Shown here one piece after another: positions 50,588-59,156 of a DNA stretch of 59,156 nt; position 1 is the first letter of the stretch; every line of letters starts with the position of its first letter. The notes beneath the pieces were generated by a model. It was not told the origin of the DNA and did not search any database. It saw only the letters and a list, made by a program, of their open reading frames with translations. The position numbers and the translations under genes were made by a program. The stretch covers positions 1-59,156 of the forward strand of contig JAZGGE010000155.1 of the NCBI GenBank assembly GCA_036480195.1, given 5' to 3'. The stretch comes from Methylococcales bacterium (GTDB lineage: Bacteria; Pseudomonadota; Gammaproteobacteria; Methylococcales; JAZGGE01).

Positions 50588-52951
50588 ATGAAAGATTATG
50601 TGATTAATTTAAACCAACTAAACATGAACGATGTTGATCGTGTTGGTGGGAAAAATGCCTCATTAGGCGAGATGATTTCAAACTTATCTGGATCGGGTGT
50701 TTTGGTACCAGGTGGATTTGCAACTACGGCAGAAGCCTTTCTGGAATTTCTTTCCTACGAAGGTCTCAAGGATCGTATCGATTCAGCATTAGATGTACTT
50801 GATGTTGATAATATCTCTGCATTAACGCAATGTGGTTCTGATATCAGACAGTGGGTGCTGGAAGCTCCCTTCCCTGCTTTATTGGAAAAAGCGATACGTG
50901 AATTCTATGCAAAACTCGAACAAGAGGCTGGTGATAAGGTTCCGGTTGCTGTTCGCTCATCTGCTACTGCCGAGGATTTGCCGGATGCTTCGTTTGCCGG
51001 GCAACAGGAAACCTTTCTGAATATCTGCGGTATTGAAAATGTGCTCAATCGCATAAAAGAAGTGTTCGCCTCGCTCTATAATGATCGTGCGATTTCATAT
51101 CGTGTTCATCAAGGATTTGAGCACAGTCAGGTTGCTCTCTCTGCTGGCATACAGCAGATGGTTCGCAGTGATCTCGCCTCCAGCGGCGTCATGTTTACGT
51201 TAGATACAGAATCTGGTTTTCAGGACTCCATCTTTATTACTTCTTCTTTCGGTCTGGGAGAATGTGTCGTGCAGGGATCGGTGAACCCTGATGAATTTTA
51301 TGTCTATAAGCCAAATCTCGAAAAAGGCCTGCCTGCGATTCTGAAACGTGCAATGGGTAGTAAAGCAGAAAAGATGATTTTCAACGATCAAGCATTTAAG
51401 CCAACAGTTATTATAGAAGTGCCTCCTGCTGAAAGAAAAACATTTTCTCTCTCTGATGAAGATGTTGAAATACTTGCGCGACACGCACTGACTATTGAAA
51501 AACATTACGGCTGCCCAATGGATATTGAGTGGGGCAAAGATGGTAACAATGGCAAAATCTATATTCTTCAGGCACGACCCGAAACAGTAAAGAGCCGTGA
51601 TTCGGGACAATTTATAGAGCGTTATCGTCTACTGGAAAAATCCAATGTGCTGGTTGAAGGGCGCAGTATTGGACAAAAGATTGGTAGCGGCATAGTACGC
51701 GTGATTGATAATGTCACAGACATGGATCAACTCATCGAAGGTGAAGTGTTGGTGACTGACATGACTGATCCGGACTGGGAACCTGTGATGAAACGTGCGT
51801 CTGCTATCGTCACCAATCGCGGTGGTCGAACCTGCCATGCCGCTATTATTGCCAGAGAATTGGGCGTACCTGCCGTTGTCGGTTGTAATAACGCTACGGA
51901 AAACCTCAGCTCCGGTCAGGAGGTCACGGCCTCCTGTGCCGAAGGCGACACCGGTTTGATTTACGAAGGTCTGCTCGATTATAAACTTTCAAAGATTGAA
52001 CTGGACTCGATGCCCGACATTCCACTCAAAGTCATGATGAATGTTGGTAATCCTGAACGCGCTTTTGATTTTTCAAGCTATCCTAATCATGGCGTTGGTC
52101 TGGCCCGCCTTGAATTCATCATCAATAAAATGATCGGTGTTCATCCAAAAGCATTACTGGAATATGATCGTATGTCACAAGATGTTCAGGCAAAAATTCT
52201 TGAGAAGATTGCTGGCTACTCAAATCCTGTTGAATATTTTGTAGAAAAACTGAAAGAAGGGATCGCAACTCTGGCCGCTGCATTCGCTCCAAACCCGGTT
52301 ATTGTGCGCTTGTCAGATTTTAAATCTAATGAATATTATAATCTTCTGGGTGGCGATCAATTTGAACCGCATGAAGAAAACCCAATGCTCGGTTTCCGTG
52401 GGGCTGCCAGATACATCTCTGAAGATTTTAGAGAATGTTTTAAACTGGAATGTCAGGCATTACTCAAAGTGCGTGAAGACATGGGGCTAACCAATGTTCA
52501 GATAATGGTGCCGTTTGTGCGTACCGTTGATGAAGCGGCACAAGTGATCCAGTTACTGGAAAACAATGGCCTGAAACGTGGTGAAAATGGCTTACGCGTA
52601 ATCATGATGTGTGAATTACCTTCGAATGCAATATTGGCAAAAAAATTCCTTGAGTATTTTGACGGGTTTTCGATAGGCTCGAATGATCTAACCCAGCTAA
52701 CACTCGGAATGGATCGTGATTCCGGTTTGATCGCCGAAAGTTTTGATGAACGCAACCCTGCCGTGAAAGCCCTGATCAGTATGGCAATAAAAGCCTGCAA
52801 AAAAGAAGAAAAATATATAGGGATCTGTGGCCAAGGACCTTCTGATCATCCTGACTTTGCTCAGTGGCTGATGGAAGAAGGTATCGAAAGTGTTTCACTC
52901 AATCCAGATACAGTGATTGAAACATGGATAAATTTATCTGAAAATAATTAG
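50588..52951 (+). CDS. ppsA: Phosphoenolpyruvate synthase (pyruvate, water dikinase)
   Basis: ATG 50588 gives [29 protein letters not shown], as in PpsA. Phosphohistidine region [18 protein letters not shown]. The ORF-track start 50567 is TTG. Confidence 0.93.
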   Translation: MKDYVINLNQLNMNDVDRVGGKNASLGEMISNLSGSGVLVPGGFATTAEAFLEFLSYEGLKDRIDSALDVLDVDNISALTQCGSDIRQWVLEAPFPALLEKAIREFYAKLEQEAGDKVPVAVRSSATAEDLPDASFAGQQETFLNICGIENVLNRIKEVFASLYNDRAISYRVHQGFEHSQVALSAGIQQMVRSDLASSGVMFTLDTESGFQDSIFITSSFGLGECVVQGSVNPDEFYVYKPNLEKGLPAILKRAMGSKAEKMIFNDQAFKPTVIIEVPPAERKTFSLSDEDVEILARHALTIEKHYGCPMDIEWGKDGNNGKIYILQARPETVKSRDSGQFIERYRLLEKSNVLVEGRSIGQKIGSGIVRVIDNVTDMDQLIEGEVLVTDMTDPDWEPVMKRASAIVTNRGGRTCHAAIIARELGVPAVVGCNNATENLSSGQEVTASCAEGDTGLIYEGLLDYKLSKIELDSMPDIPLKVMMNVGNPERAFDFSSYPNHGVGLARLEFIINKMIGVHPKALLEYDRMSQDVQAKILEKIAGYSNPVEYFVEKLKEGIATLAAAFAPNPVIVRLSDFKSNEYYNLLGGDQFEPHEENPMLGFRGAARYISEDFRECFKLECQALLKVREDMGLTNVQIMVPFVRTVDEAAQVIQLLENNGLKRGENGLRVIMMCELPSNAILAKKFLEYFDGFSIGSNDLTQLTLGMDRDSGLIAESFDERNPAVKALISMAIKACKKEEKYIGICGQGPSDHPDFAQWLMEEGIESVSLNPDTVIETWINLSENN

Positions 52952-53381
52952 CGTATCCACAATTAGTAGTATTTAAAAAATTGTAATTTGAAAAAACTTA
53001 ACTGGCAAAGATGGATTTCTCATTCCACAAACAAAGAACCGAGTTAGTATTATTAATCAGAGCTGCAGCTCCTATAATTATATAACCTAAAAAAACCAGC
53101 AAACCTTCAGGGTAGATTTAAATTCTGTTTTATTGTGCCAGCGGCTATGATTATACTCGATGGAACTGAATACAAAATGGTAATGCCTACCTGATTGCGA
53201 TCTAATCCTGGCAACAAAAACGAGTACATTTCTACTTACTTTCATCGCACACATCACCAATAACTAAAGTGATTTATATACGCTCTGTCTACCTCTTCTT
53301 CACAATTTATCCAAGGTGCTTTTCAAGCAAACAAGCGTATGTTAGATTCTAACATAAGAAAAAATTATTGGAGAACCACTC

Positions 53382-54788
53382 ATGAATAATTACCCCCTGC
53401 TCATCGATGGCCAACTAGTACAGACCGGAGAAACCTTAGGCATCATTAACCCGGCCAACGAACAAGTTTTCGCTACGGTTACCACTGCGGGAGAAAAAGA
53501 ACTGGAACAAGCTGTCAGTGCGGCAACAAAAGCATTTCATTTATTTAAAAATAGCTCTATGGAAGAACGGCAGGCACTGCTTATAAAAATTGCCGATACT
53601 ATTGCTGATAATAAGGAAAAAATTGCTACCGCTCTAACCTTGGAACAAGGAAAGACTCTCCAGCTAGCAGAGATGGAGGTTGAGTTTGCCCTTATATTCT
53701 GTCGCCATTTTGCCAGCATGTCGATCACACCAGAAATACTCATCGACAATGATGAGCAACGTGTTGAGATTCATCATGTTCCTCTGGGAGTCATTGCGGG
53801 AATCATGCCCTGGAATTTTCCGTTCCTGATTTCTGTTTATAAACTTGCACCCGTTCTGTTGGCGGGCAACAGCCTCATTCTAAAGCCAGCACCAACCACA
53901 CCAATAACGACCGCTATTCTCGGTGGATTGATTAAAGATATTGTCCCACCTGGCTTAGTCAACATACTTGTTGATGACGAGGGGCTTGGTGCAAAAATCA
54001 CCGCTCATAAGGGCATTGCCAAAATTTCTTTTACAGGGTCAACGGAGACCGGTAGAAAGATTATGGAAAGTGCAGCCCCAACCCTCAAACGCCTGACATT
54101 AGAGCTAGGTGGAAATGATGCCGCGATCGTCTTGGATGATGTGGATCCTAAAGCGATAGCAGAACGTATTTTTGGATCTGCATTTATCAATAGCGGACAG
54201 ACCTGCATAGCCCTGAAACGTCTCTATGTACAGGAAAAGGTCTATGATGAACTCTGTCAAGAACTCGCAAATCTAGCAAATGCAGCAATCGTCGGTGATG
54301 GGATGGACAGCCAGTCACAGTTTGGCCCAGTGCAGAACAAAGCACAGTACGAAAAAGTAAAAAGCTATATTGAGAGTGGTCATCGCGATGGAACTGTCAT
54401 TGCCGGTGGCGAGATCCTAGATGGACCCGGATACTTTATCCCGCTAACGATTGTTAAAGATATCCACAACGGAACACCTCTTGTCGATGAAGAACCATTT
54501 GGCCCTGTCCTTCCGATCATAAAGTTCCAGGATGTTGATGAAGCTTTAGCTCATGCTAATAACTCTCCTTATGGACTGGGTGGTTCTGTCTGGTCAAATG
54601 ACCTGGAAAAAGCCCACACAATTGCAGAAAAAATGGATGCCGGGACAATTTGGATAAACCAACACACAGCATTTGGCCCCAATATACCAATGTGCCCAAT
54701 GAAACAGTCCGGACTAGGTATTGAATGGGGTAAAGAGGGATTGCATGAATTCACTTCTTTGAAAGTAATTAATATTGCAAAAGGATAG
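53382..54788 (+). CDS. NAD(P)-dependent aldehyde dehydrogenase
   Basis: 468 aa. Motifs FTGSTETG, ELGGND and FINSGQTCIA (catalytic Cys). Confidence 0.88.
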   Translation: MNNYPLLIDGQLVQTGETLGIINPANEQVFATVTTAGEKELEQAVSAATKAFHLFKNSSMEERQALLIKIADTIADNKEKIATALTLEQGKTLQLAEMEVEFALIFCRHFASMSITPEILIDNDEQRVEIHHVPLGVIAGIMPWNFPFLISVYKLAPVLLAGNSLILKPAPTTPITTAILGGLIKDIVPPGLVNILVDDEGLGAKITAHKGIAKISFTGSTETGRKIMESAAPTLKRLTLELGGNDAAIVLDDVDPKAIAERIFGSAFINSGQTCIALKRLYVQEKVYDELCQELANLANAAIVGDGMDSQSQFGPVQNKAQYEKVKSYIESGHRDGTVIAGGEILDGPGYFIPLTIVKDIHNGTPLVDEEPFGPVLPIIKFQDVDEALAHANNSPYGLGGSVWSNDLEKAHTIAEKMDAGTIWINQHTAFGPNIPMCPMKQSGLGIEWGKEGLHEFTSLKVINIAKG

Positions 54789-54834
54789 TGCTTAGTACAT
54801 CTATCAACTACTAGACTACCTAAACTAAAACGAC

Positions 54835-54870
54835 CCCATAGATATTTGTGACTTCACAAGTATCTATGGG
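54835..54870. terminator. Long hairpin between convergent genes (probable terminator, better on the minus strand)
   Basis: CCCATAGATATTTGTG-ACTT-CACAAGTATCTATGGG, a 16-bp stem with one T-G pair. In the minus orientation it is followed by GTCGTTTTAGTTT. It sits between the ALDH stop (54788) and the CMD stop (54967). Confidence 0.55.
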
Positions 54871-54966
54871 CATAAACAAGAAAGCTACTCTTAGTTTCTC
54901 ATCAAATGTCATTATTGCCCGTATACTTATTCTCACAGGGCTTTCATTAACAATATCACTGGATAG

Positions 54967-55374
54967 TTATTTTTTTTCTTTAACCATCGCAGGTGTAATA
55001 TCACAAGGAATATTTAATGAAGTTGCTATTTTTGTGAAGCTTGAAAAAAGTTCAACAACCTCTTTCATTTCAATGATCTCTTCTTCACTAGAACCGACCA
55101 TCAGAGCAGAGGCCTCATGAGCCAGTGTGCAATATTCGCAATTATTAACTATCGAAACAGCAACAGCAATTAGCTCTTTTGTCTTTCGATCCAGTGATCT
55201 TTCCTGCCCCATGATGACTTTCCACCTGCTCCAATTCAATTCAAGCCATGCAGGATCCGCTTCGGCCTGAGCACTAAAGAAATTAGGTACCATGCCAAAA
55301 TGAATTGTTATCTCATCAAAAATCTCTTGTACATTACCTGAGGCTGGTTCGTCAGTCTTAAGTTTTTTCATCAA
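54967..55374 (-). CDS. Carboxymuconolactone decarboxylase / AhpD-like family protein
   Basis: 135 aa. NNCEYCTLAH (CxxC...H) core motif. Confidence 0.7.
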   Translation of the reverse strand: MMKKLKTDEPASGNVQEIFDEITIHFGMVPNFFSAQAEADPAWLELNWSRWKVIMGQERSLDRKTKELIAVAVSIVNNCEYCTLAHEASALMVGSSEEEIIEMKEVVELFSSFTKIATSLNIPCDITPAMVKEKK

Positions 55375-55417
55375 TAGTCTCCTGTTTTTCTAATCAATTA
55401 GTAGAAATGGATTAAGG

Positions 55418-56095
55418 TTAACGCTTAAGATATTCATCGAACTGAAAATCACTTGTATAGAGAGCTGCTTGAGTTCGACTATGTAAGTTTAACCTGTGCA
55501 AAATGGCAGAAACATGTGTTTTTGCTGTAGATTCAGCAATATTCAGATATTCTGCAATCTCTTTATTGGACTCACCCTTTGACAGTCGCTCAAGTACAGT
55601 AAGTTGACGGTGAGTGAGTGAGCAAAGAAGCTCTGGAGAAATTTGTTCATGGGTGGAAGAGTTACTACTATTTTCTGACAACGTGTCGCTGCCGCGAACA
55701 ATCCTGGATGGAGCATAGTACTCACCAGAGAGAATTCGACTTAGTGCTTCAGTAACTTGATCGCGCCGAGACGACTTGGGAATAAACCCGATAGCACCAA
55801 GATTAAAACACTGCAGCAAAAGCTCCTTATGTTGAGCTGTAGAATAGATTGCGATCGGAATCTCAGGTGCGACCTTACTCAAAGCTCTCAAACTATTCAT
55901 TCCATTTATATAGGGGCTATCAATGTCAAGCAGCAACAGATCTAACTTACTCCCCTCCTCGACAATCTTCATCACAATTTCAATGTTACCAACAGCACTC
56001 ACCTTACTTCCCGGATAGCCTGCCATTATAATATTTTTCAGTGCTTCCCTGAATAGTGGTTGGTCATCAACAATTAAAACATTATATGTGTGCAT
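55418..56095 (-). CDS. Two-component response regulator, NarL/FixJ (LuxR HTH) family
   Basis: From ATG 56095: MHTYNVLIVDDQPLFREAL, receiver Asp in LLLLDIDSP, C-terminal HTH LTHRQLTVLERLSKGESNKEIAEYLNIAESTAKTHV. The start is uncertain (the ORF-track start 56134 is GTG). Confidence 0.82.
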   Translation of the reverse strand: MHTYNVLIVDDQPLFREALKNIIMAGYPGSKVSAVGNIEIVMKIVEEGSKLDLLLLDIDSPYINGMNSLRALSKVAPEIPIAIYSTAQHKELLLQCFNLGAIGFIPKSSRRDQVTEALSRILSGEYYAPSRIVRGSDTLSENSSNSSTHEQISPELLCSLTHRQLTVLERLSKGESNKEIAEYLNIAESTAKTHVSAILHRLNLHSRTQAALYTSDFQFDEYLKR

Positions 56096-56319
56096 CTCCC
56101 AACCTCGTTCAATTAATCTTAATACAGGAAGCACATTCTATAGGAAGCACTATATCCACAAAGCTAATATACCCAATTTTCTTGTAGAGGATCTAAACCT
56201 ACCATTGTCACTTTTATCTTTCTAGCCTCATAATATCTGATGCTCTAAGTTCTGGCTAATCAAACTATTAACAAGGATGTCTGCTCCAGAAACTTTTATA
56301 ATTTAGTGACTCATTTTTT

Positions 56320-58032
56320 TTAATCATCAAAATAACCAGCATTTCTAAAATCATTGATACGTTCTTCACCAGCCAACTTTGCATTGAATCCTTCATGTAG
56401 TTCAACATCGCCTAAAAACATTCTTTCTTCATCTCCTTCAGTCACCAACGCCGCTGAATTGAGAACCGCTGTGGCAATAGCAATACCGTACTGCAATACA
56501 GTTGCTGTAACCTTAAACGGATCGATGACACCCATTTCATATAAATCACCGTATTGTTGTTTCGACAGGTCAAAGCCATAAAAAGGCTCAGTAGAACTTT
56601 CGATTCGGGATATAACTGTATCAGGGCGCAGCCCACCATTAATCAGGATTTGCCGCATCGGCACTTCCATTGCTTCTCGGACAGCGTGAATACCAAGCTC
56701 AACACTTGGGTCTGCACTATGTAATTCCTTAAGCATCTGCCGCACACGCACCAGTGCTGATCCTCCACCGGGTAAAACGCCAAATTCTGTTGCTGCCTGA
56801 ATTGCATTTGATGCATTTTCTATCAATACTTTTCTGGCTCGTATTTCAATCTCGGTCGCTCCACCAACTTCAATAGTTGCAACTGCTCCACAAAGCAGCT
56901 CAATGCGTTCTTCTAACTTTTCAATAAAGTCAGCTCTACCAGTTGGAGATTTTGAACCTAGATCTCCCATAGCAATTTCACTCTGTAAATAATTGATCCT
57001 CTCCTGGATCTTTTCCTTATCACCTAACGGATTTGTGATCAAAGTGGTCTCAGAAGTAACATAAATACGTTCAGCCTCTCCTAAATATGATCGATCAACC
57101 TTTGAAAGAAGATCACCCTCTATTTCAAATACGGCTTTACCTCCTGTTAATATCGCCATATCAGTCAATGCACTTAATCGCGTTTCACCGAATAAGGGTG
57201 GTTTAAGAACAACTACTTTTTGGGTATCACTAACATGATTCAAGATCAATCCTTCCAGCGCTTCTCCAACAACATCGTCAGCCATGATGACTAGCGGTCG
57301 TGACTCTGATTTTGCTATTTCAAGCACTGGTAGTAGTTCGCTGAAAGCTTCTATACTTCGGTCGTACATCAGTATCAGGGGGTTATCAAATTCAGTAACC
57401 TGTCTTTCCTTGTCAGTCACAAACTGAGCACTCAAATAACCTTGTTCATATTCAGTCCCAAGTACAATATTAAGGACATCCTCAATACTGTTTCCCAACT
57501 CAACCTGGATAACACCGGCTTTGCCGACGGCATGCCAAGCCTTAGCAAATATCTCTCCAACTGATTTATCACCATTCGCTGCAACAGATGCAATATGTGC
57601 AATGGAAAGTATGTCTTCACATGGCCTTGCCATTTCAACTAGTAATTGAATCGCCTCGCTACCGAAATCAGCCATACCTCGCCTAACCCCTTCTGGATTT
57701 GCGCCTGTGATAACAGCTTTCATTGCTTCAATAACAATTTCTCTCGCCAAAACAACTGCTGTAGTTGTCCCATCACCAACCTGTTCAGAAACGCTACCTG
57801 CAACCTGTTTCAGTAATTTAACACCCAACTCCTCCGTTGGCCGTTTTAACGACATGTTTTTAACGATAGTCACACCATCTTTTGTTATAACAGGTGTCAG
57901 TTTACTCATATGTTCCAGTACAACATAACGCCCACACGGCCCCAAAGTAACTGCAACAGGTGCAGCCAATGAATTGATACCGGTGATCAGATCACGAATT
58001 GCATCTAAACCATATGTTACTTGTTTAGCCAT
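56320..58032 (-). CDS. Cpn60/GroEL-family chaperonin paralogue (MmoG-like)
   Basis: 570 aa. MAKQVTYG...VTLGPCGRYVVL, ATP motif VGDGTTTAVVLA. No C-terminal GGM repeat (ends ...NAGYFDD) and no groES upstream. Sits next to a di-iron monooxygenase-type reductase. Confidence 0.8.
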   Translation of the reverse strand: MAKQVTYGLDAIRDLITGINSLAAPVAVTLGPCGRYVVLEHMSKLTPVITKDGVTIVKNMSLKRPTEELGVKLLKQVAGSVSEQVGDGTTTAVVLAREIVIEAMKAVITGANPEGVRRGMADFGSEAIQLLVEMARPCEDILSIAHIASVAANGDKSVGEIFAKAWHAVGKAGVIQVELGNSIEDVLNIVLGTEYEQGYLSAQFVTDKERQVTEFDNPLILMYDRSIEAFSELLPVLEIAKSESRPLVIMADDVVGEALEGLILNHVSDTQKVVVLKPPLFGETRLSALTDMAILTGGKAVFEIEGDLLSKVDRSYLGEAERIYVTSETTLITNPLGDKEKIQERINYLQSEIAMGDLGSKSPTGRADFIEKLEERIELLCGAVATIEVGGATEIEIRARKVLIENASNAIQAATEFGVLPGGGSALVRVRQMLKELHSADPSVELGIHAVREAMEVPMRQILINGGLRPDTVISRIESSTEPFYGFDLSKQQYGDLYEMGVIDPFKVTATVLQYGIAIATAVLNSAALVTEGDEERMFLGDVELHEGFNAKLAGEERINDFRNAGYFDD

Positions 58033-58359
58033 CTATTTCTTTTCCTTTTCGCCTAATTTACCTTGCAAGCTGTGATTCCGCATCCAGTCACGCGCAACCT
58101 CACGTCGTAAAGATTTTAATTTCTGTAGACGTGCCCACGTCCAGAGTAATTTTTTTTCAGTCCAGCCCATTTCGGAACGTAGAGCTTCTTCATCTACCCG
58201 GGAAAGTTCCCCGTTAAGACAATCATTAAGCTCTTCCAGCATTTCATCACTCAAATCTTTGGAAAGGTATTGTGCAGATTGCTCCAGATCGCGACACGAT
58301 CTTTCTATCTCAGATGAAAAATCCTTTAGTAGTTGCTCATCCTGTGGGAGGCGATCCAT
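58033..58359 (-). CDS. Hypothetical acidic helical protein (108 aa)
   Basis: I recognise no family. Its stop codon directly abuts the chaperonin ATG (58032). Starts 62 bp after the reductase stop, same strand. Composition is Glu/Leu/Asp/Lys rich, with a basic tail GKLGEKEKK. Confidence 0.5.
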   Translation of the reverse strand: MDRLPQDEQLLKDFSSEIERSCRDLEQSAQYLSKDLSDEMLEELNDCLNGELSRVDEEALRSEMGWTEKKLLWTWARLQKLKSLRREVARDWMRNHSLQGKLGEKEKK

Positions 58360-58421
58360 ATTTTATTGGTTTATGGTTTGTCAATATTCCGGGGCTTTTA
58401 AAGACAGAACCTATATATGGC

Positions 58422-59156
58422 TCATATCTCTTCATCACCACTAGCAACAAATTTCTCATGATGAATCTGATCATGGGTAATATTCAGTTCATCACAAACC
58501 TCTAATGCAGCATCTATCATCGGCCCGGGGCCGCAGATATATACATCAGGACTTTCTTTAAAATCAGTAACGATCTTTTTGAAAATATCCACAGAAGAAC
58601 CTCTTTCATACACCCAGTCAGCAGAAGGGTTCATTAGCGACAAATGTAATGAGAGATTTGGCATACTCTCTTCAAGTACTATCAATTCTTTTTCATAAAA
58701 CATTGCATCAATATCACCCATGCCAAAGAAGAGGTGCGCTTCGGTATGATCGCCTGATCGTTTCATCTCACGCAAGATCGAAATAAGCGGAGCCAACCCT
58801 GTACTACCAGCGATGAAACAACGAGTACGCTCCGTTTTATGTAGACCAAAAATCCCATATGGTGCTTTAAAATTGACCCGCTGCCCTACTTCAGCACTAT
58901 TTTTTAGATGCTCTGAAAACTCACCTTCGGGAATGAGACGGATCATAAACTCAAGCTGCCCATTATTGTCACTCTCAATCGATGCCATAGAAAATGCGCG
59001 CGTCAACTCCGTCCCTGGTATTTGAAGTTCTGCATACTGACCTGCCGAATAACTAAACTCAACAGGAAGCTCCGTGTCAATATCAAGTGGTCGCAGAACA
59101 TAGCGATATACAGTGGAAGAAATTTGTTCAACGAGCATGACATCAGCAAGTCGTTC
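58422..59156 (-). CDS. Oxidoreductase FAD/NAD(P)-binding (FNR-like) component, partial with its N-terminus outside the window; monooxygenase reductase-like
   Basis: The frame stays open to the window edge (…ERLADVMLVEQISS). FAD motif RAFSMAS, NAD motif FIAGSTGLAPLISI, and late YICGPGPM. This architecture matches reductases of soluble di-iron monooxygenases and ring-hydroxylating systems. Confidence 0.8.
   Translation of the reverse strand, partial: ERLADVMLVEQISSTVYRYVLRPLDIDTELPVEFSYSAGQYAELQIPGTELTRAFSMASIESDNNGQLEFMIRLIPEGEFSEHLKNSAEVGQRVNFKAPYGIFGLHKTERTRCFIAGSTGLAPLISILREMKRSGDHTEAHLFFGMGDIDAMFYEKELIVLEESMPNLSLHLSLMNPSADWVYERGSSVDIFKKIVTDFKESPDVYICGPGPMIDAALEVCDELNITHDQIHHEKFVASGDEEI

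Noticed and set aside
53140-53225. Sigma-54 promoter upstream of the aldehyde dehydrogenase (TGGCAC/TGGCAA-containing stretches)
   Set aside because: The GG elements are not followed by a TGC element at the required N5 spacing, and no enhancer-binding protein gene is nearby.
54848-55120. 90-aa plus-strand ORF overlapping the CMD/AhpD gene and the terminator hairpin
   Set aside because: It is antisense to a motif-supported CDS, starts inside the hairpin, and has a Ser/Ile/Leu-rich low-complexity translation.
622-59138. The many 60-140-aa antisense or out-of-frame ORFs nested in large genes (for example 13549..13869, 23730..24059, 28890..29321, 30748..31044, 43297..43677, 44228..44614, 51200..51610)
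   Set aside because: Each lies entirely within a longer ORF that has clear family motifs on the other strand or frame. Their compositions look like frame-shifted translations of coding DNA.
1-59156. CRISPR arrays, defence islands, prophage or IS elements, tRNA or rRNA genes
   Set aside because: I found no tandem repeat-spacer structure, no integrase/transposase/recombinase-like ORF and no cloverleaf-like segment in any intergenic region. The gene content is uniformly metabolic with consistent composition.

Overview
The window looks like a chromosomal segment of a moderately AT-rich, probably marine, Gammaproteobacterium (taxon is inference only). It is dominated by acyl-CoA and branched-chain catabolism. 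I found no rRNA, tRNA, CRISPR array, transposase, integrase or phage genes.

Gene content, left to right:
- Acetoacetyl-CoA synthetase.
- A TetR-headed minus-strand operon: enoyl-CoA hydratase, acyl-CoA dehydrogenase and two different CoA-transferase families.
- The leucine/isovalerate liu operon: liuA, thiolase, liuB, liuD, liuE and a hydrolase.
- A nurim/ICMT-type membrane methyltransferase.
- etfBA, a long acyl-CoA dehydrogenase and a DUF2889 / ETF-QO / thioesterase operon.
- A translationally coupled DUF116-like / GFA pair.
- A leaderless BtuF-like corrinoid-binding protein convergent with fused isobutyryl-CoA mutase IcmF.
- A PQQ quinohaemoprotein dehydrogenase plus a XoxJ-like protein.
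- A LiuR-like MerR regulator, an HSD10-type 3-hydroxyacyl-CoA dehydrogenase and cobO.
- An MBL / isochorismatase / GST operon, then a lone bioB.
- A split methylcitrate locus: acnD-prpF divergent from a GntR regulator with prpB and prpC.
- ppsR/ppsA and an aldehyde dehydrogenase.
- At the right edge, the tail of what looks like a soluble di-iron monooxygenase cluster: reductase, a small unknown protein, a GroEL paralogue and a response regulator.

Observations most worth a second look:
- The PQQ dehydrogenase combines a lipoprotein tether, a lanthanide-type D-Y-D signature and a fused cytochrome c domain.
- The monooxygenase-associated chaperonin module at the right edge.
- The corrinoid-handling neighbourhood around icmF.
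- A recurring ACGT-N2-ACGT palindrome in several promoter regions.
- Two disrupted genes: an amber codon in a crotonase and a homopolymer frameshift in an isochorismatase.

All family calls come from reading motifs and remembered family features. No searches were run.
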